A stretch of DNA of 63,885 nucleotides, filler included, from Octopus bimaculoides (Eukaryota): NCBI RefSeq assembly GCF_001194135.2. It is 7 parts of 5 records of this genome, joined end to end, with 100 filler letters (N's around TTAATTAATTAA, not from the genome) between each part and the next. Parts side by side here need not be neighbours in the genome. Positions count along the whole stretch, not along the records: positions 27,123 to 42,610 come from NC_068991.1; positions 42,711 to 58,851 come from NC_068988.1; 5 more parts are not named here. One strand, written 5' to 3'. How positions within the stretch are numbered: the first letter of the stretch is position 1; every line of letters starts with the position of its first letter. Positions 40,221-52,560 of this stretch are shown piece after piece. The notes beneath the pieces were generated by a model. It saw only the letters and a program-made list of their open reading frames with translations. It was not told the DNA's origin and searched no databases. A program made the position numbers and the translations under genes.

Positions 40221-41181
40221 CTACCACCACTAGCATCATCACTATCATCATTGTTATTACTGTGTCGATGAGGAGGAGAAGCAGGAGGAGGAGGGGAGGA
40301 AACTGAGAAGGACACACCACCACCACCACTACCACCAAACCCTTGCAATACCTCCACTTACGCTACTTGCCTCACCGTGACCACCACCATCAAATCTACC
40401 ATACAGCCAGTCCCTTCTCCCAATCTCCCCCCACCCCCGTCGTTTGTCCCCGCAACCAACACTACTTTCCTTCCAACTCTATCACCACTCACCCTACCAG
40501 CAACATTCAGTTCTACACCCTGCCATGACCATCACCACTAAATCTACCACACAACCAGTCACCCCCTCCTCCTACCCAGCCCCATTTTTCCCCTCCACCA
40601 ACATCACAATCCTTCCAACTCTGCCACCAGTCAATACTCGACACCCCCCTCTACCCCTAGCCCTAAGTCTACCACACCACCAGGTCGTCTTCTAACCCCC
40701 TTTTTTTTATTCCTACCGCCCCCATTACTACCCTCCACCAGTCTTACTCCCATCATTCCCTCACCCGTCATCGTTTAACCACGCCCCTCGTATCATGTAA
40801 AACGTAAATGAACAACAATCAGCCAGCCAGAAGTGGGTGGGGGAGGAGGAGGTGGAGGAAGAGTTGTTTGTACGGTGGTGGTGGTGGTGGGTGTGGTGGT
40901 GAGGGCAGATAATTACGGAAATTATATTATAAACCTTAATAAAGGGGTAATGGGTACAATAAACGACAGCAACAACAACACCAGCAGCAGCAGCAGCAAC
41001 AGCAACAGAGACGTTGACAATGGCAATAATTGGGACAACAATAATAAACTGAAATACACAACAGCAAACAACGGCGATGATAGCAATAGCGTTTGATAAT
41101 AATAATAGTAATAATAATAATAACAATAATAATAATAATAATAATAATAACAACAATAATAATGATAATAATAATAATAAC

Positions 41182-41216
<35 letters not shown>

Positions 41217-41310
41217 GAAGAAGAAGAAGAAGAAGAAGAAGGTGTGGGGGTGATGATGATAATGATGATGGTAGTGATGATGATGATGATGAGGATGATG
41301 ATGATCATTT
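40035..41310. repeat. Mosaic of trinucleotide repeats: (CAT)n, (CAC)n, (GGT)n, (AAT)n, (AAG)n, (GAT)n
   Basis: Directly visible. Confidence 0.95.
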
Positions 41311-41314
41311 ATAT

Positions 41315-41900
41315 AAGAAGCACCAATAGAAATTAGGAGAAGACGAAACTGATAAAATATAAAACAGAAACGAAGGAGAAAATGAGAAAAGAATTTCACA
41401 AAAGAATCGTTCTAATATTTCAAAAGAAGTAAAATGAACTCAAAGCTAGAAATGAAGTAATTGGCATTAATCTGGTGGCCATAGCTGTTATGAATTACAG
41501 CTTTTGAAAGAATAGACTGAGTTTTCAGTGAATTGAAGAGCTTAGACAGAAAGACCTGGAAACTGCTGTTTGCTTCCCTTAGCTGATATATACAGTGTGG
41601 ATCTATCCCATACAGATGGAGACTATGGCCTGATCGAAAAAGCAAACTATTACGAAATAACAATAGTGGAATAAAATACTTGGAGACAAAGAGAAGCTAA
41701 TAAGTATAATCAGAAAAAACCATTCCATGGCCAATTTCTCACGCAGTGCGATAGAGAAGATGTAAACTCTGAGGTGCTGAAGTAAAAGTAGAAACCGGTC
41801 TGGTAGTGGCTACACAAGACTAATACATTGCCACAAACAAAAATAAGAAGAAAGATGGAGATATTAAGTGTTATATATAAAAGGTGGCGAACTGGTAGAA
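41315..41900 (+). mobile_element. R4/Dong-like LINE RT-thumb fragment
   Basis: Degenerate KEKMRKEFHKRI...ARNEVIGINLVAIAVMNYSF...ELKSLDRKTWKLL...PFHGQFL...ETGLVVATQD. Confidence 0.7.
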
Positions 41901-42265
41901 TCATTGGTACCCTGGACAAAACGCTTAGCGACATTTCCTCTGTCTTTATGTACTGAGTTCAAATTCCGTTGAGGTCGACTCTGTTTTTCATCATTCTGGG
42001 AACTTGCTGGCCTTGAGCGAAAATTTGAAATCAATATTAAGTGTTACTGACTGAAGGCGGTGAACTGCTAAAATCCTTATTGCTCTGGACAAAAATACTT
42101 CCCTTAGTTTCTTACGGTTCATTACAGCCTGAGTTCAAATAACGCCGAGGTCAATTTTGCTTTTCAACTTTTCGAAGTCGATAAAGTAATTAGCTTTTGA
42201 GTACCAGGGTCGGGGTTATCGACTCCTCCTCCCCAAGCAAAAGTTTCTGGCCTGGTACAGAAATT
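41880..42265 (+). mobile_element. Two tandem diverged SINE family B copies
   Basis: Heads at about 41881 and 42055, each with gagttcaaat and gaggtc(g/a)a motifs. Confidence 0.7.
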
Positions 42266-42269
42266 ACTC

Positions 42270-42510
42270 CTCACCCGACCAGGCAACCCAGCTTTCTCAG
42301 ACGATTTCCTCTCAGACTATTTCATATTGAGAATCTTTGCCCTTCCTGTTAGTTCCTACCAACCCGAAGTTCGCAGTTCAATCGATTCGAAGACATAGAT
42401 TTGCTCTCGCCAAAGTCCCGTACTCCTTTAGAACGCTGCCGATCTCCTTGACTTCCGTATCCGATACCATTATTGTAGCATCATCTACATATGCCGAGCC
42501 TGGTCTCCAG
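42270..42510 (-). mobile_element. Tx1/L1-clade RT fragment containing the YxDD motif
   Basis: Minus frame SAYVDDATIMVSDTEVKEIGSVLKEYGTLARANL. Confidence 0.7.
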
Positions 42511-42563
42511 TATTCCGGTACAAATATATATAGACAGACATGCATATATATATATATATATTA

Positions 42564-42610
<47 letters not shown>

Positions 42611-42710
42611 NNNNNNNNNNNNNNNNNNNNNNNNNNNNNNNNNNNNNNNNNNNNTTAATTAATTAANNNNNNNNNNNNNNNNNNNNNNNNNNNNNNNNNN
42701 NNNNNNNNNN

Positions 42711-42768
<58 letters not shown>

Positions 42769-42816
42769 ATATATATACACATACACACACATATATATAC
42801 AGACATGCACATATGA

Positions 42817-43090
42817 GTACAGGACGTCACCAACGGTGCAAACAACATGAAATATGTAAACAACGAGAAAAGAAATGGAAGACAGGACAAGGAAACACAG
42901 AGAAAGGAGCCTTAATTAGTTGTTGGCTGTCTATCTACTCCTCATTACGAGCATTCAATGACAATATGAGTCTTCGAAGACAGTTGCTCCCATAAATTCT
43001 AAAATTATGCTGTTCGCATACCCAGGTTTGCCTTCGTAATCCATGTCGCTTTCATATTTCCTCTTGTTTAAGTTTTGTGACGTCCTGTAC
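42817..43090. mobile_element. 274-bp unit with inverted Penelope-like termini
   Basis: gtacaggacgtcac (42817-42830) and gtgacgtcctgtac (43077-43090) form a perfect 14-bp inverted repeat. Confidence 0.55.
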
Positions 43091-43200
43091 CCATGTATGC
43101 ATATATATCTATACATATATATGTAAATACATATATATATATATATATATATTTATTTATTTATGTGTTTCAGCCAAGTGGCTGCGGTCATGCTGGTGCA

Positions 43201-43252
<52 letters not shown>

Positions 43253-43891
43253 ATGTATGTATGTATGTATGTATGTGTATAAGCATTCATACATGTATAT
43301 TTTAATTATATCATTATTAGATTGAACGCCACACATCCATTTCCAAGTAAGTTTATCTATCCAACTCTTTCTCTTCTCTCTCTCTCTGTATATATATATA
43401 TGACCGCAAAATTATATAAATAGTAGCACGTGCATGTAAATATGTATGCACGTATATGTAAACATATACCTATATTTACACACACACACGCACTCTCTCT
43501 CTCTCATTCACGCATACACAGACAGAGACATACTCAAACAGACACATGCATACATATGCACTATTATTTATTTAGTTATTTAACATATCGCGTCGCATTT
43601 GTTTTTATTTATTTTATTAATTCATATCAATGCGTGTGTGTGCACGTGTGCGTATATATATATATGTGTGTGTGCTTGNNNNNNNNNNNNNNNNNNNNNN
43701 NNNNNNNNNNNNNNNNNNNNNNNNNNNNNNNNNNNNNNNNNNNNNNNNNNNNNNNNNNNNNNNNNNNNNNNNNNNNNNNNNNNNNNNNNNNNNNNNNNNN
43801 NNNNNNNNNNNNNNNNNNNNNNNNNNNNNNNNNNNNNNNNNNNNNNNNNNNNNNNNNNNNNNNNNNNNNNNNNNNNNNNNNNNNNNNNNNN

Positions 43892-44095
43892 GTTTGTCCC
43901 CCCAACATCGCTTGACAACCGATGCTGGTGTGTTTATGTCCCCGTAACTTAGCGGTTCGGCAAAAGAGACCGATAGAATAAGTACTAGGCTTCTAAAGAA
44001 TAAGCCCTGGGGTCGATTTGCTCGACTAAAGGCGGTGCTCCAGCATGGCCGCAGTTAAAAGACTGAAACAAGTAAAAGAGTAAAAGAGTAAAAGA
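43892..44095 (+). mobile_element. SINE family A tail (low divergence); a second diverged tail lies at 44285-44460
   Basis: tttgtccccccaacatcgcttgacaaccgatgctggtgtg...gactgaaacaagtaaaagag. Confidence 0.9.
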
Positions 44096-44479
44096 GTATA
44101 TATATATATATACATATATATATGTATGTATTTATATATATATGTATGTATGTATGTATTTATATATATGTGTATGTATTATATATGTATACATATATGT
44201 CAAAATATATGATATACACATGTGTGTGTATAATATATTTAGATTATATATGCATGTATGAACATGTATATGTATGTGCGTGTTTGTGTTTGTCCCCCAC
44301 CACCTCTTGACAATCGGTATTGGTGTGTTTACGTCCCCACATGCAGCGGTTCGTCGAAAGACACCGATAGAATAAGTATCAGAAAATTTACTGGGTTTGA
44401 TTAGTACGATGAAACGATATGCAATGCGATGCCCCAGCATGGCCGTAACAAGTAAAAAAATTTACGATGAAAGATATAT

Positions 44480-44787
44480 ACAGAGAATGACGGAGAGAGA
44501 GAGAGAGATAGACAGACAGACAAATGTAGAATGAGAGAGAGAGTGACGTGGTGGGAGAGAGAGAGAGAAATGGAGAGAGACAGAACGAGACAAAAATAGA
44601 GGGAGGGGAAAGAAAGAGAGACAGACAGAAGAAAGAGAAAGTGAGAGATAGACAGAAAGAGAGAGCCAGACAGACAGAGATACAGAAAGAGAGAGAGAGA
44701 GAGCCAGACAGACAGAGACACAGAAAGAGAGACAGACAGAGAAACAGGGACAGAGAGGGAGAGAGAGAGAGAGAGAGNNNNNNNNNN

Positions 44788-44825
<38 letters not shown>

Positions 44826-44985
44826 AAGAAAGAGGCAGAGAGAGACATAGAAACAAGGACACAGAGAGACAGACAGAGAAAGAGAGACGAAGAGAGAGAG
44901 AGAGAAAGAGATACTGACAGACAGACAGAGAAACAGGCACACAGAGACACAGAGAGGCAGACAAAGAGACAGAGAGGAAGAGAGT
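44480..44985. repeat. Purine-rich (GA/GACA) low-complexity tract
   Basis: Directly visible; the complementary (CT)-rich tract lies at 45700-46241. Confidence 0.9.
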
Positions 44986-45480
44986 AAGAACAGAGCGTGT
45001 CCGAGATCCGAGATGAATTTATGCAAATTCGCAGGTGCGCTAGTGTAAAATACCAGTATCAACAGGGCCTGAAAAAAAAAAGTAGGAAAGACTTCATACG
45101 ATTCATCAGTAACAAGTCGTCGTGTCGGTATCTTTGAAAAAACAACAATAAACACACAAACATCCCCCCATAAAAACAAGCCCTTTCCCCCCTCCCTCTC
45201 CATCACTCTCTCTCTCTCTCTCTTTCGATCTCCCCCTCTCTCTCTCTCTCCCCGAAAAAGTCGTTTGATTGACATGCAGTCGCAGCTAGTCGGCGCCATC
45301 GGGACGCCGGGTAGATAGCAGTAGTGAACCTACNNNNNNNNNNNNNNNNNNNNNNNNNNNNNNNNNNNNNNNNNNNNNNNNNNNNNNNNNNNNNNNNNNN
45401 NNNNNNNNNNNNNNGCTAGCTCGCTCCAGTCGTCGAGGGGGTTGGCCAACTCCAAACTCACCAATTAATCAAGTGTCAGG
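44985..45480. promoter_or_regulatory. CpG-rich unique segment, possible promoter or 5' exon region
   Basis: Locally high CpG density (gcagtcgcagctagtcggcgccatcgggacgccgg), octamer ATGCAAAT near 45020, and a strong minus-strand splice acceptor (ctttcctactttttttttcag) near 45070; no transcript evidence. Confidence 0.3.
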
Positions 45481-46199
45481 GTCTTATTTTATACGTCATG
45501 TGAAAAAAAAAATAAAAAAATAAAAAGAAATATATATATATATATATGTGTGTGTTTGTCTGACTGTGTGTGTATGTACCTATGTGTTGACGTGTGTCTA
45601 TCCATATACGTACGTGGCCGTCTCTGTTCAAATGCTTATGGAAAATACTCTGGCTAACCCCTTTGCTTCTTCCCGTCTTTTCTCACAAACACATGCGGAC
45701 CTCATCCCTCACACTCACCCTCTCCCTCCCTCTCTGTCACTGTCCCTCACTCACTCTCTCTTCCCCTCTCTGTTTGCCTTTCAGACGTTCTCCACTTCAG
45801 AGTGTCTCTAATTTAAGCTTCTCTCTCCCTCTGTCTCTCTCTGTCTCTCTGTCTGTCTCTCTTTCTCTACGTTCACATCTCACATTCTCTACGTTTCTGG
45901 CTTTCTTCATCTCTCACTGTCACACTCTCACACCGTATTTGTCACACACACGCACACACACTCACATACACACGCTCTCTCTTTCTCTCTCTCTGTTTAA
46001 TTCTCCCATTTTACATCTCTCTCTCTCTCTCTCTCTCGCTCTCTCTCTTTCTCTCTGAATTCCTGTAGATAGATGTCCCTAACTCTTCGTTTTTACTTCC
46101 CTTCTTTCTCTATAATTTCATTCTCTCAATGTACACCTCTCTCTTTCTCTCATTCCCTCTCACTTTCGCTCCACCTCTCTCTCATTCTCACCCTCTCTT

Positions 46200-46241
<42 letters not shown>

Positions 46242-47078
46242 NNNNNNNNNNNNNNNNNNNNNNNNNNNNNNNNNNNNNNNNNNNNNNNNNNNNNNNNNNN
46301 NNNNNNNNNNNNNNNNNNNNNNNNNNNNNNNNNNNNNNNNNNNNNNNNNNNNNNNNNNNNNNNNNNNNNNNNNNNNNNNNNNNNNNNNNNNNNNNNNNNN
46401 NNNNNNNNNNNNNNNNNNNNNNNNNNNNNNNNNNNNNNNNNNNNNNNNNNNNNNNNNNNNNNNNNNNNNNNNNNNNNNNNNNNNNNNNNNNNNNNNNNNN
46501 NNNNNNNNNNNNNNNNNNNNNNNNNNNNNNNNNNNNNNNNNNNNNNNNNNNNNNNNNNNNNNNNNNNNNNNNNNNNNNNNNNNNNNNNNNNNNNNNNNNN
46601 NNNNNNNNNNNNNNNNNNNNNNNNNNNNNNNNNNNNNNNNNNNNNNNNNNNNNNNNNNNNNNNNNNNNNNNNNNNNNNNNNNNNNNNNNNNNNNNNNNNN
46701 NNNNNNNNNNNNNNNNNNNNNNNNNNNNNNNNNNNNNNNNNNNNNNNNNNNNNNNNNNNNNNNNNNNNNNNNNNNNNNNNNNNNNNNNNNNNNNNNNNNN
46801 NNNNNNNNNNNNNNNNNNNNNNNNNNNNNNNNNNNNNNNNNNNNNNNNNNNNNNNNNNNNNNNNNNNNNNNNNNNNNNNNNNNNNNNNNNNNNNNNNNNN
46901 NNNNNNNNNNNNNNNNNNNNNNNNNNNNNNNNNNNNNNNNNNNNNNNNNNNNNNNNNNNNNNNNNNNNNNNNNNNNNNNNNNNNNNNNNNNNNNNNNNNN
47001 NNNNNNNNNNNNNNNNNNNNNNNNNNNNNNNNNNNNNNNNNNNNNNNATATATATACATATATATATATATACATATA

Positions 47079-47639
47079 TAAAACATAGGGTAAAAATCAG
47101 ATATTAATTAATATCGATTTATTACCAGGAAGCTAGCATATTTAAAGAATCCGAGAGATTCAGAAAAAATATCTGAAATCTAAGTGGATTAAGGAATATT
47201 TTTATATATCGAAAGATGACCAGTAGGGTGGACATTTAATATGCTAGAAATAGCTCACATGTTGTGTCTACTAAGACCTAGTAGTTTTCAAAAAAAATTT
47301 TAGCGAAATACCAAACCGTAAGCGGGCAAGACATTGAAAATTACATATAATTAAAAAGTTATTCGTGGACCAAGATTTCGGAGTTAAAAATCTCTTACCG
47401 AGAAAATTTGCTCCATCTTTCAGCACGAACTGCTAGTGGCAATTCCCAGAATCTTATACAAGTTGTTCACCGCTAGAGGCGAACGTGTATATGGTTCTGT
47501 TAATTACAACGAACTGGTAAAAATCAAATGTCTCCGTTTTGGCGCGCTAATTCCAGAAATATGTCTGTAGAAAATAGTTACTGTGTAGCATATATCCAAT
47601 TTGAGAACTGGGTTATGGTTAATTAAAACATAGGGTAAA
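47079..47639. repeat. 545-bp unit bounded by a 16-bp direct repeat (probable tandem repeat or non-autonomous element)
   Basis: taaaacatagggtaaa at 47079-47094 and 47624-47639; followed by a gap of about 960 N. Confidence 0.5.
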
Positions 47640-48609
47640 NNNNNNNNNNNNNNNNNNNNNNNNNNNNNNNNNNNNNNNNNNNNNNNNNNNNNNNNNNNNN
47701 NNNNNNNNNNNNNNNNNNNNNNNNNNNNNNNNNNNNNNNNNNNNNNNNNNNNNNNNNNNNNNNNNNNNNNNNNNNNNNNNNNNNNNNNNNNNNNNNNNNN
47801 NNNNNNNNNNNNNNNNNNNNNNNNNNNNNNNNNNNNNNNNNNNNNNNNNNNNNNNNNNNNNNNNNNNNNNNNNNNNNNNNNNNNNNNNNNNNNNNNNNNN
47901 NNNNNNNNNNNNNNNNNNNNNNNNNNNNNNNNNNNNNNNNNNNNNNNNNNNNNNNNNNNNNNNNNNNNNNNNNNNNNNNNNNNNNNNNNNNNNNNNNNNN
48001 NNNNNNNNNNNNNNNNNNNNNNNNNNNNNNNNNNNNNNNNNNNNNNNNNNNNNNNNNNNNNNNNNNNNNNNNNNNNNNNNNNNNNNNNNNNNNNNNNNNN
48101 NNNNNNNNNNNNNNNNNNNNNNNNNNNNNNNNNNNNNNNNNNNNNNNNNNNNNNNNNNNNNNNNNNNNNNNNNNNNNNNNNNNNNNNNNNNNNNNNNNNN
48201 NNNNNNNNNNNNNNNNNNNNNNNNNNNNNNNNNNNNNNNNNNNNNNNNNNNNNNNNNNNNNNNNNNNNNNNNNNNNNNNNNNNNNNNNNNNNNNNNNNNN
48301 NNNNNNNNNNNNNNNNNNNNNNNNNNNNNNNNNNNNNNNNNNNNNNNNNNNNNNNNNNNNNNNNNNNNNNNNNNNNNNNNNNNNNNNNNNNNNNNNNNNN
48401 NNNNNNNNNNNNNNNNNNNNNNNNNNNNNNNNNNNNNNNNNNNNNNNNNNNNNNNNNNNNNNNNNNNNNNNNNNNNNNNNNNNNNNNNNNNNNNNNNNNN
48501 NNNNNNNNNNNNNNNNNNNNNNNNNNNNNNNNNNNNNNNNNNNNNNNNNNNNNNNNNNNNNNNNNNNNNNNNNNNNNNNNNNNNNNNNNNNNNNNNNNAT
48601 ATATATATA

Positions 48610-48985
48610 CAGACGCTGGAGATGTACTACAGTGTCAGCTGTTCACTACCAGTGAACTAAGATGACACCTCTTATTTTTCGCGCACCTTCCGGAGTATTC
48701 GAACGGTTCCAATCAGTGCTCTTTTCTGCAAGTGCTCCACCCTTATTGCGGCCCCTATTTGTTCCATGTACTTCTCGAGATTTTTACTCACTGTTCCTAG
48801 GGCTCCGACAATTATTGGTACTACTGCTACCTTTTTCATCGACCACAACTGCTTAACTTCCCAAGATAACCTGTCATATCTCTCGACTTTTCTTTCTTCC
48901 TTATCGCATACCTTATTATCAACTGGGCATGCTATATCTATGATCCAGCATGGTTTGCTTTCTTTCTCAATTAAGACTATGTCTG
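48610..48985 (-). mobile_element. R4/Dong-like LINE 3' end (PD-(D/E)xK endonuclease and 3' UTR)
   Basis: Open frame IENRKPDIVLIEKESKPCWIIDIACPVDNKVCDKEERKVERY...VVPIIVGALGTV...LQKRALIGTVRILRKVREK*. Confidence 0.9.
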
Positions 48986-50222
48986 GCTTCCTATTCTCTA
49001 TGTTATTATTATTATTATTACATTTATTATTATTATTGCTATTATTAATTGATATTAGCCCTTGTGGCCAATAAAACGAATCAATTATTATTATTATTAT
49101 TATTATTATTATTGTTGTTGTTGTTGTTATCATTATTGTTATTAATATTGCATAATATACGTTAATATATAATGAGGAAAATTCACTTAATGGATGTGTG
49201 TCTGCTTAAACTTATGACTGTAAAATCTATTAACCTGTTTTTTTTTATATTACTCATTATGGTTACTATTATTATTATTATTATCATTACTATTATTATT
49301 ATTATTATTGTTATTATTATTGTTATTATCATTTATATTTCACTTCTAATTTCTTACTTTCTTCCTTCATTTCTTTCCTTTATTTTAATATTTCTTTATC
49401 AGAAACAAAACAAACACTCCACTCGACTAAGCGACGAGACGGCGCAAACGGAAGTGCTTAAGCTTGGGAATTTCCTCTTCCGCTTTGACTCCACCTATAT
49501 ATAAAGCTGACGCTGGCCTCGAAATATTTTGGTACGAAAAATAAATGAATAAACAAACAAACAAATAACTACTTAATAGACTTCACAGTCATATACCTGT
49601 AACGCTCACTCATGCACGTACAAGCATGAATACGATAGAATAGAATATATTATAATGTGCGTGTGTGTGCGCGGGTGTGTGTGTGTGTGTGTGTGTGTTT
49701 GTGTGTTTGTGTGTGTGTGTGTGTGTTACGAGGGTGTACACACACCGGCATCGGTTGTCAAGCGATCTTNNNNNNNNNNNNNNNNNNNNNNNNNNNNNNN
49801 NNNNNNNNNNNNNNNNNNNNNNNNNNNNNNNNNNNNNNNNNNNNNNNNNNNNNNNNNNNNNNNNNNNNNNNNNNNNNNNNNNNNNNNNNNNNNNNNNNNN
49901 NNNNNNNNNNNNNNNNNNNNNNNNNNNNNNNNNNNNNNNNNNNNNNNNNNNNNNNNNNNNNNNNNNNNNNNNNNNNNNNNNNNNNNNNNNNNNNNNNNNN
50001 NNNNNNNNNNNNNNNNNNNNNNNNNNNNNNNNNNNNNNNNNNNNNNNNNNNNNNNNNNNNNNNNNNNNNNNNNNNNNNNNNNNNNNNNNNNNNNNNNNNN
50101 NNNNNNNNNNNNNNNNNNNNNNNNNNNNNNNNNNNNNNNNNNNNNNNNNNNNNNNNNNNNNNNNNNNNNNNNNNNNNNNNNNNNNNNNNNNNNNNNNNNN
50201 NNNNNNNNNNNNNNNNNNNNNN

Positions 50223-50255
<33 letters not shown>

Positions 50256-50483
50256 TATATATATATATAACATTGCTTGTTTTCACCTTTTCGATATATA
50301 TATATATATATATATATATAGGCATTCAGCTATGAGTCCACAATTACATCGTATAGCAGAAACAGCTGTACGCCAATGAAGGTCATAACATAATCGGTTT
50401 TGCTTTGCCATCTCATTTCTTATATATATATATATATATGCATGTATGTATGTATGTATGTATGTCAGTGGTGATTCTGGCAA

Positions 50484-50520
50484 TCGGGCTGTTTGGGCGT
50501 AGCCCGAGTATAAATCTAGT
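50484..50520 (+). mobile_element. Possible Helitron 3' terminus
   Basis: GC-rich hairpin tcgggct...agcccga (50484-50507) followed 8 nt later by CTAG then T (50516-50520). Confidence 0.4.
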
Positions 50521-50956
50521 AAAGCGAACGTGTATTTGCAAGCTGATTTAATTTCTGTTTTCTCGAAACAATAAATTTCTACAATATTGTTAAAGAAACG
50601 AAAAGTTATCCAGCATTTTAAGCTAATACGAACGAGCCTGGTAGGTGTAAAAGACTAACCGGTATCTCTTGCCAAGAGTACAGGCGACAGTCAGATCGCT
50701 GATGTTCGTTGTGGACTCCGCTGTCGTTATTTTATTGCTGTTATTCTGTGCGTCTGTGTGTAAAAGATCAGTTGTGTTTCACAGGGTCGCTTTATTTTTA
50801 CCCTTAACTTAGAAATGGAGTAAGACGTAGAACTAGATATAAAAAAATAAGTAATTTAGGGCTAGAAATAAAGCGGAAAAACGTGAAATTCTTCGAGCAG
50901 GTATGTCTTATGCGAAATCTGTGATGAGCCCGAGTGACGCTGATGACCTGGAGTCG

Positions 50957-51010
<54 letters not shown>

Positions 51011-51657
51011 CATACATACATATGTGTGTGGACACGATGGGATGTTTCGTCTATCAAATCCGCTTTGAAGGCTTTAATCGGACACAAGGCTATAGTAGAA
51101 GTCACCATCCCAAGAGGCCACACAGTGGGACTGAAACCAGAAGCATGTGGTTGGAAAGCACACTTCCTACCACAGAGCCCACGCCTGTGCATTACTGAGA
51201 TTACCACAGTAACCCACTCTTGAAAGAGGCGCTGGTCAGTCGCAGGGTTAACTTCCCGGCTAGTGCTAGATCTCATCGACAGCTGATTGGAGTGGGGTAA
51301 CATGTAATGAAGTGGTTTGGTCATGGAAACAACGTACTGTTCTTTGCGGAAACCGAACGTACGATCGTGAGAGCAGCACTCTAACCGCAATATCATGCCT
51401 TCATATTAAAGATTCTATAAAAAAAAAAGAATGACTCATTGGAATATTATCGGGAAAGAATGGAGGGATGGCCGGAATCATAATTGTTTTCCTTCCTTCG
51501 TCGAGTACCCATTGTAAAGCATCAAGAAAAAAATCCGTCCCAAATAATGATATAAAATAATAAAATTTAAAAAAACGAGTATCCGCATTGCGTATCATCA
51601 CTTTTCCGTTTCTTGGAACTGAAAATATATTTAAAGAGGACATAATTGTGAGATTGT

Positions 51658-52018
51658 GGAGGCGCAATATCCCAGGGGTTAGGGCAGTGGACTCGCAGGC
51701 ATAGGATCGCTGTTTCGATTCCCAGACCAGGCGTTGTGATTGTTTATTGAGCGAAAACACCTAAAAGCCCCACGAGGCTCCGGCAGGGGATACTCTTTCA
51801 CCACAACTTTCTCTCACTCTTATTTCCTGTTTCTGTTGTGCCTGTAATTCAAAGGGGCCAGCCTTGTCACAGTGTCACGCTGAATGTCCCCGAGAACTAC
51901 GTTAAGGGTACACGTGTCTGTGGAGTGCTCAGCCACTTGCACGTTAATTTCACGAGTAGGCTGTTCCGTTGATCGGATCAACTGGAACCCTCGACGTCGT
52001 AAGCGATGGAGTGCCAAA
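51658..52018 (+). mobile_element. tRNA-derived SINE family E
   Basis: Head ggaggcgca...ggttagggcag...gtttcgattcccag, distinct body and tail. Confidence 0.75.
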
Positions 52019-52205
52019 AAATTGTGAGATTAGGCAGCTAGCTTTGCAGCCGCCTGGTCCTGCGTTCAGTCCCATTGCGCGGCACCTTGTCTAACTGACT
52101 TCTAACAATAACTCCGGGCCGATTATATCCTTGTGAGTGAATCTTGTAAACGGAAAGTGTGTGGAAAGCCATCATATATGTTTGTGTGTGTGAGTGTGTG
52201 TTTGT

Positions 52206-52237
<32 letters not shown>

Positions 52238-52560
52238 CTGTCTGTCTTTTTCTCTGTGTATATGTCCTCACACATCACATGGCAAACAGTACTGGTTTGT
52301 TTGCGTCTCTGTACACTTAGCAGTTTGGCAGGAGAGCTGATACAATAAGTAACAGGCTGCAGTCCAATGACTGAAACAAGTGACAAACAAAAGATAAGTA
52401 ATTTTGGCTGTTTTCAGAAAATGGAAAGAAAAGCATATAGTTATATTACGGGATGGTCATTATTATTTATTTATTTATATATTTGCCAAATGAACACACA
52501 CACAGTATATACTCGTTGTTCACTTCAGCTTTATAACTGTTCTTATTTTAGCGTCCTTTG

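Noticed and set aside
40035-41399. Poly-Ser, poly-Asp, poly-Leu and poly-Tyr ORFs
   Set aside because: Translations of trinucleotide microsatellites, with no splice or codon evidence
44388-45299. 303-aa minus-strand ORF starting MAPTSCDC
   Set aside because: Mostly translated (CT)n/(GA)n low complexity with no recognisable domain; only the CpG-rich context is retained as a finding
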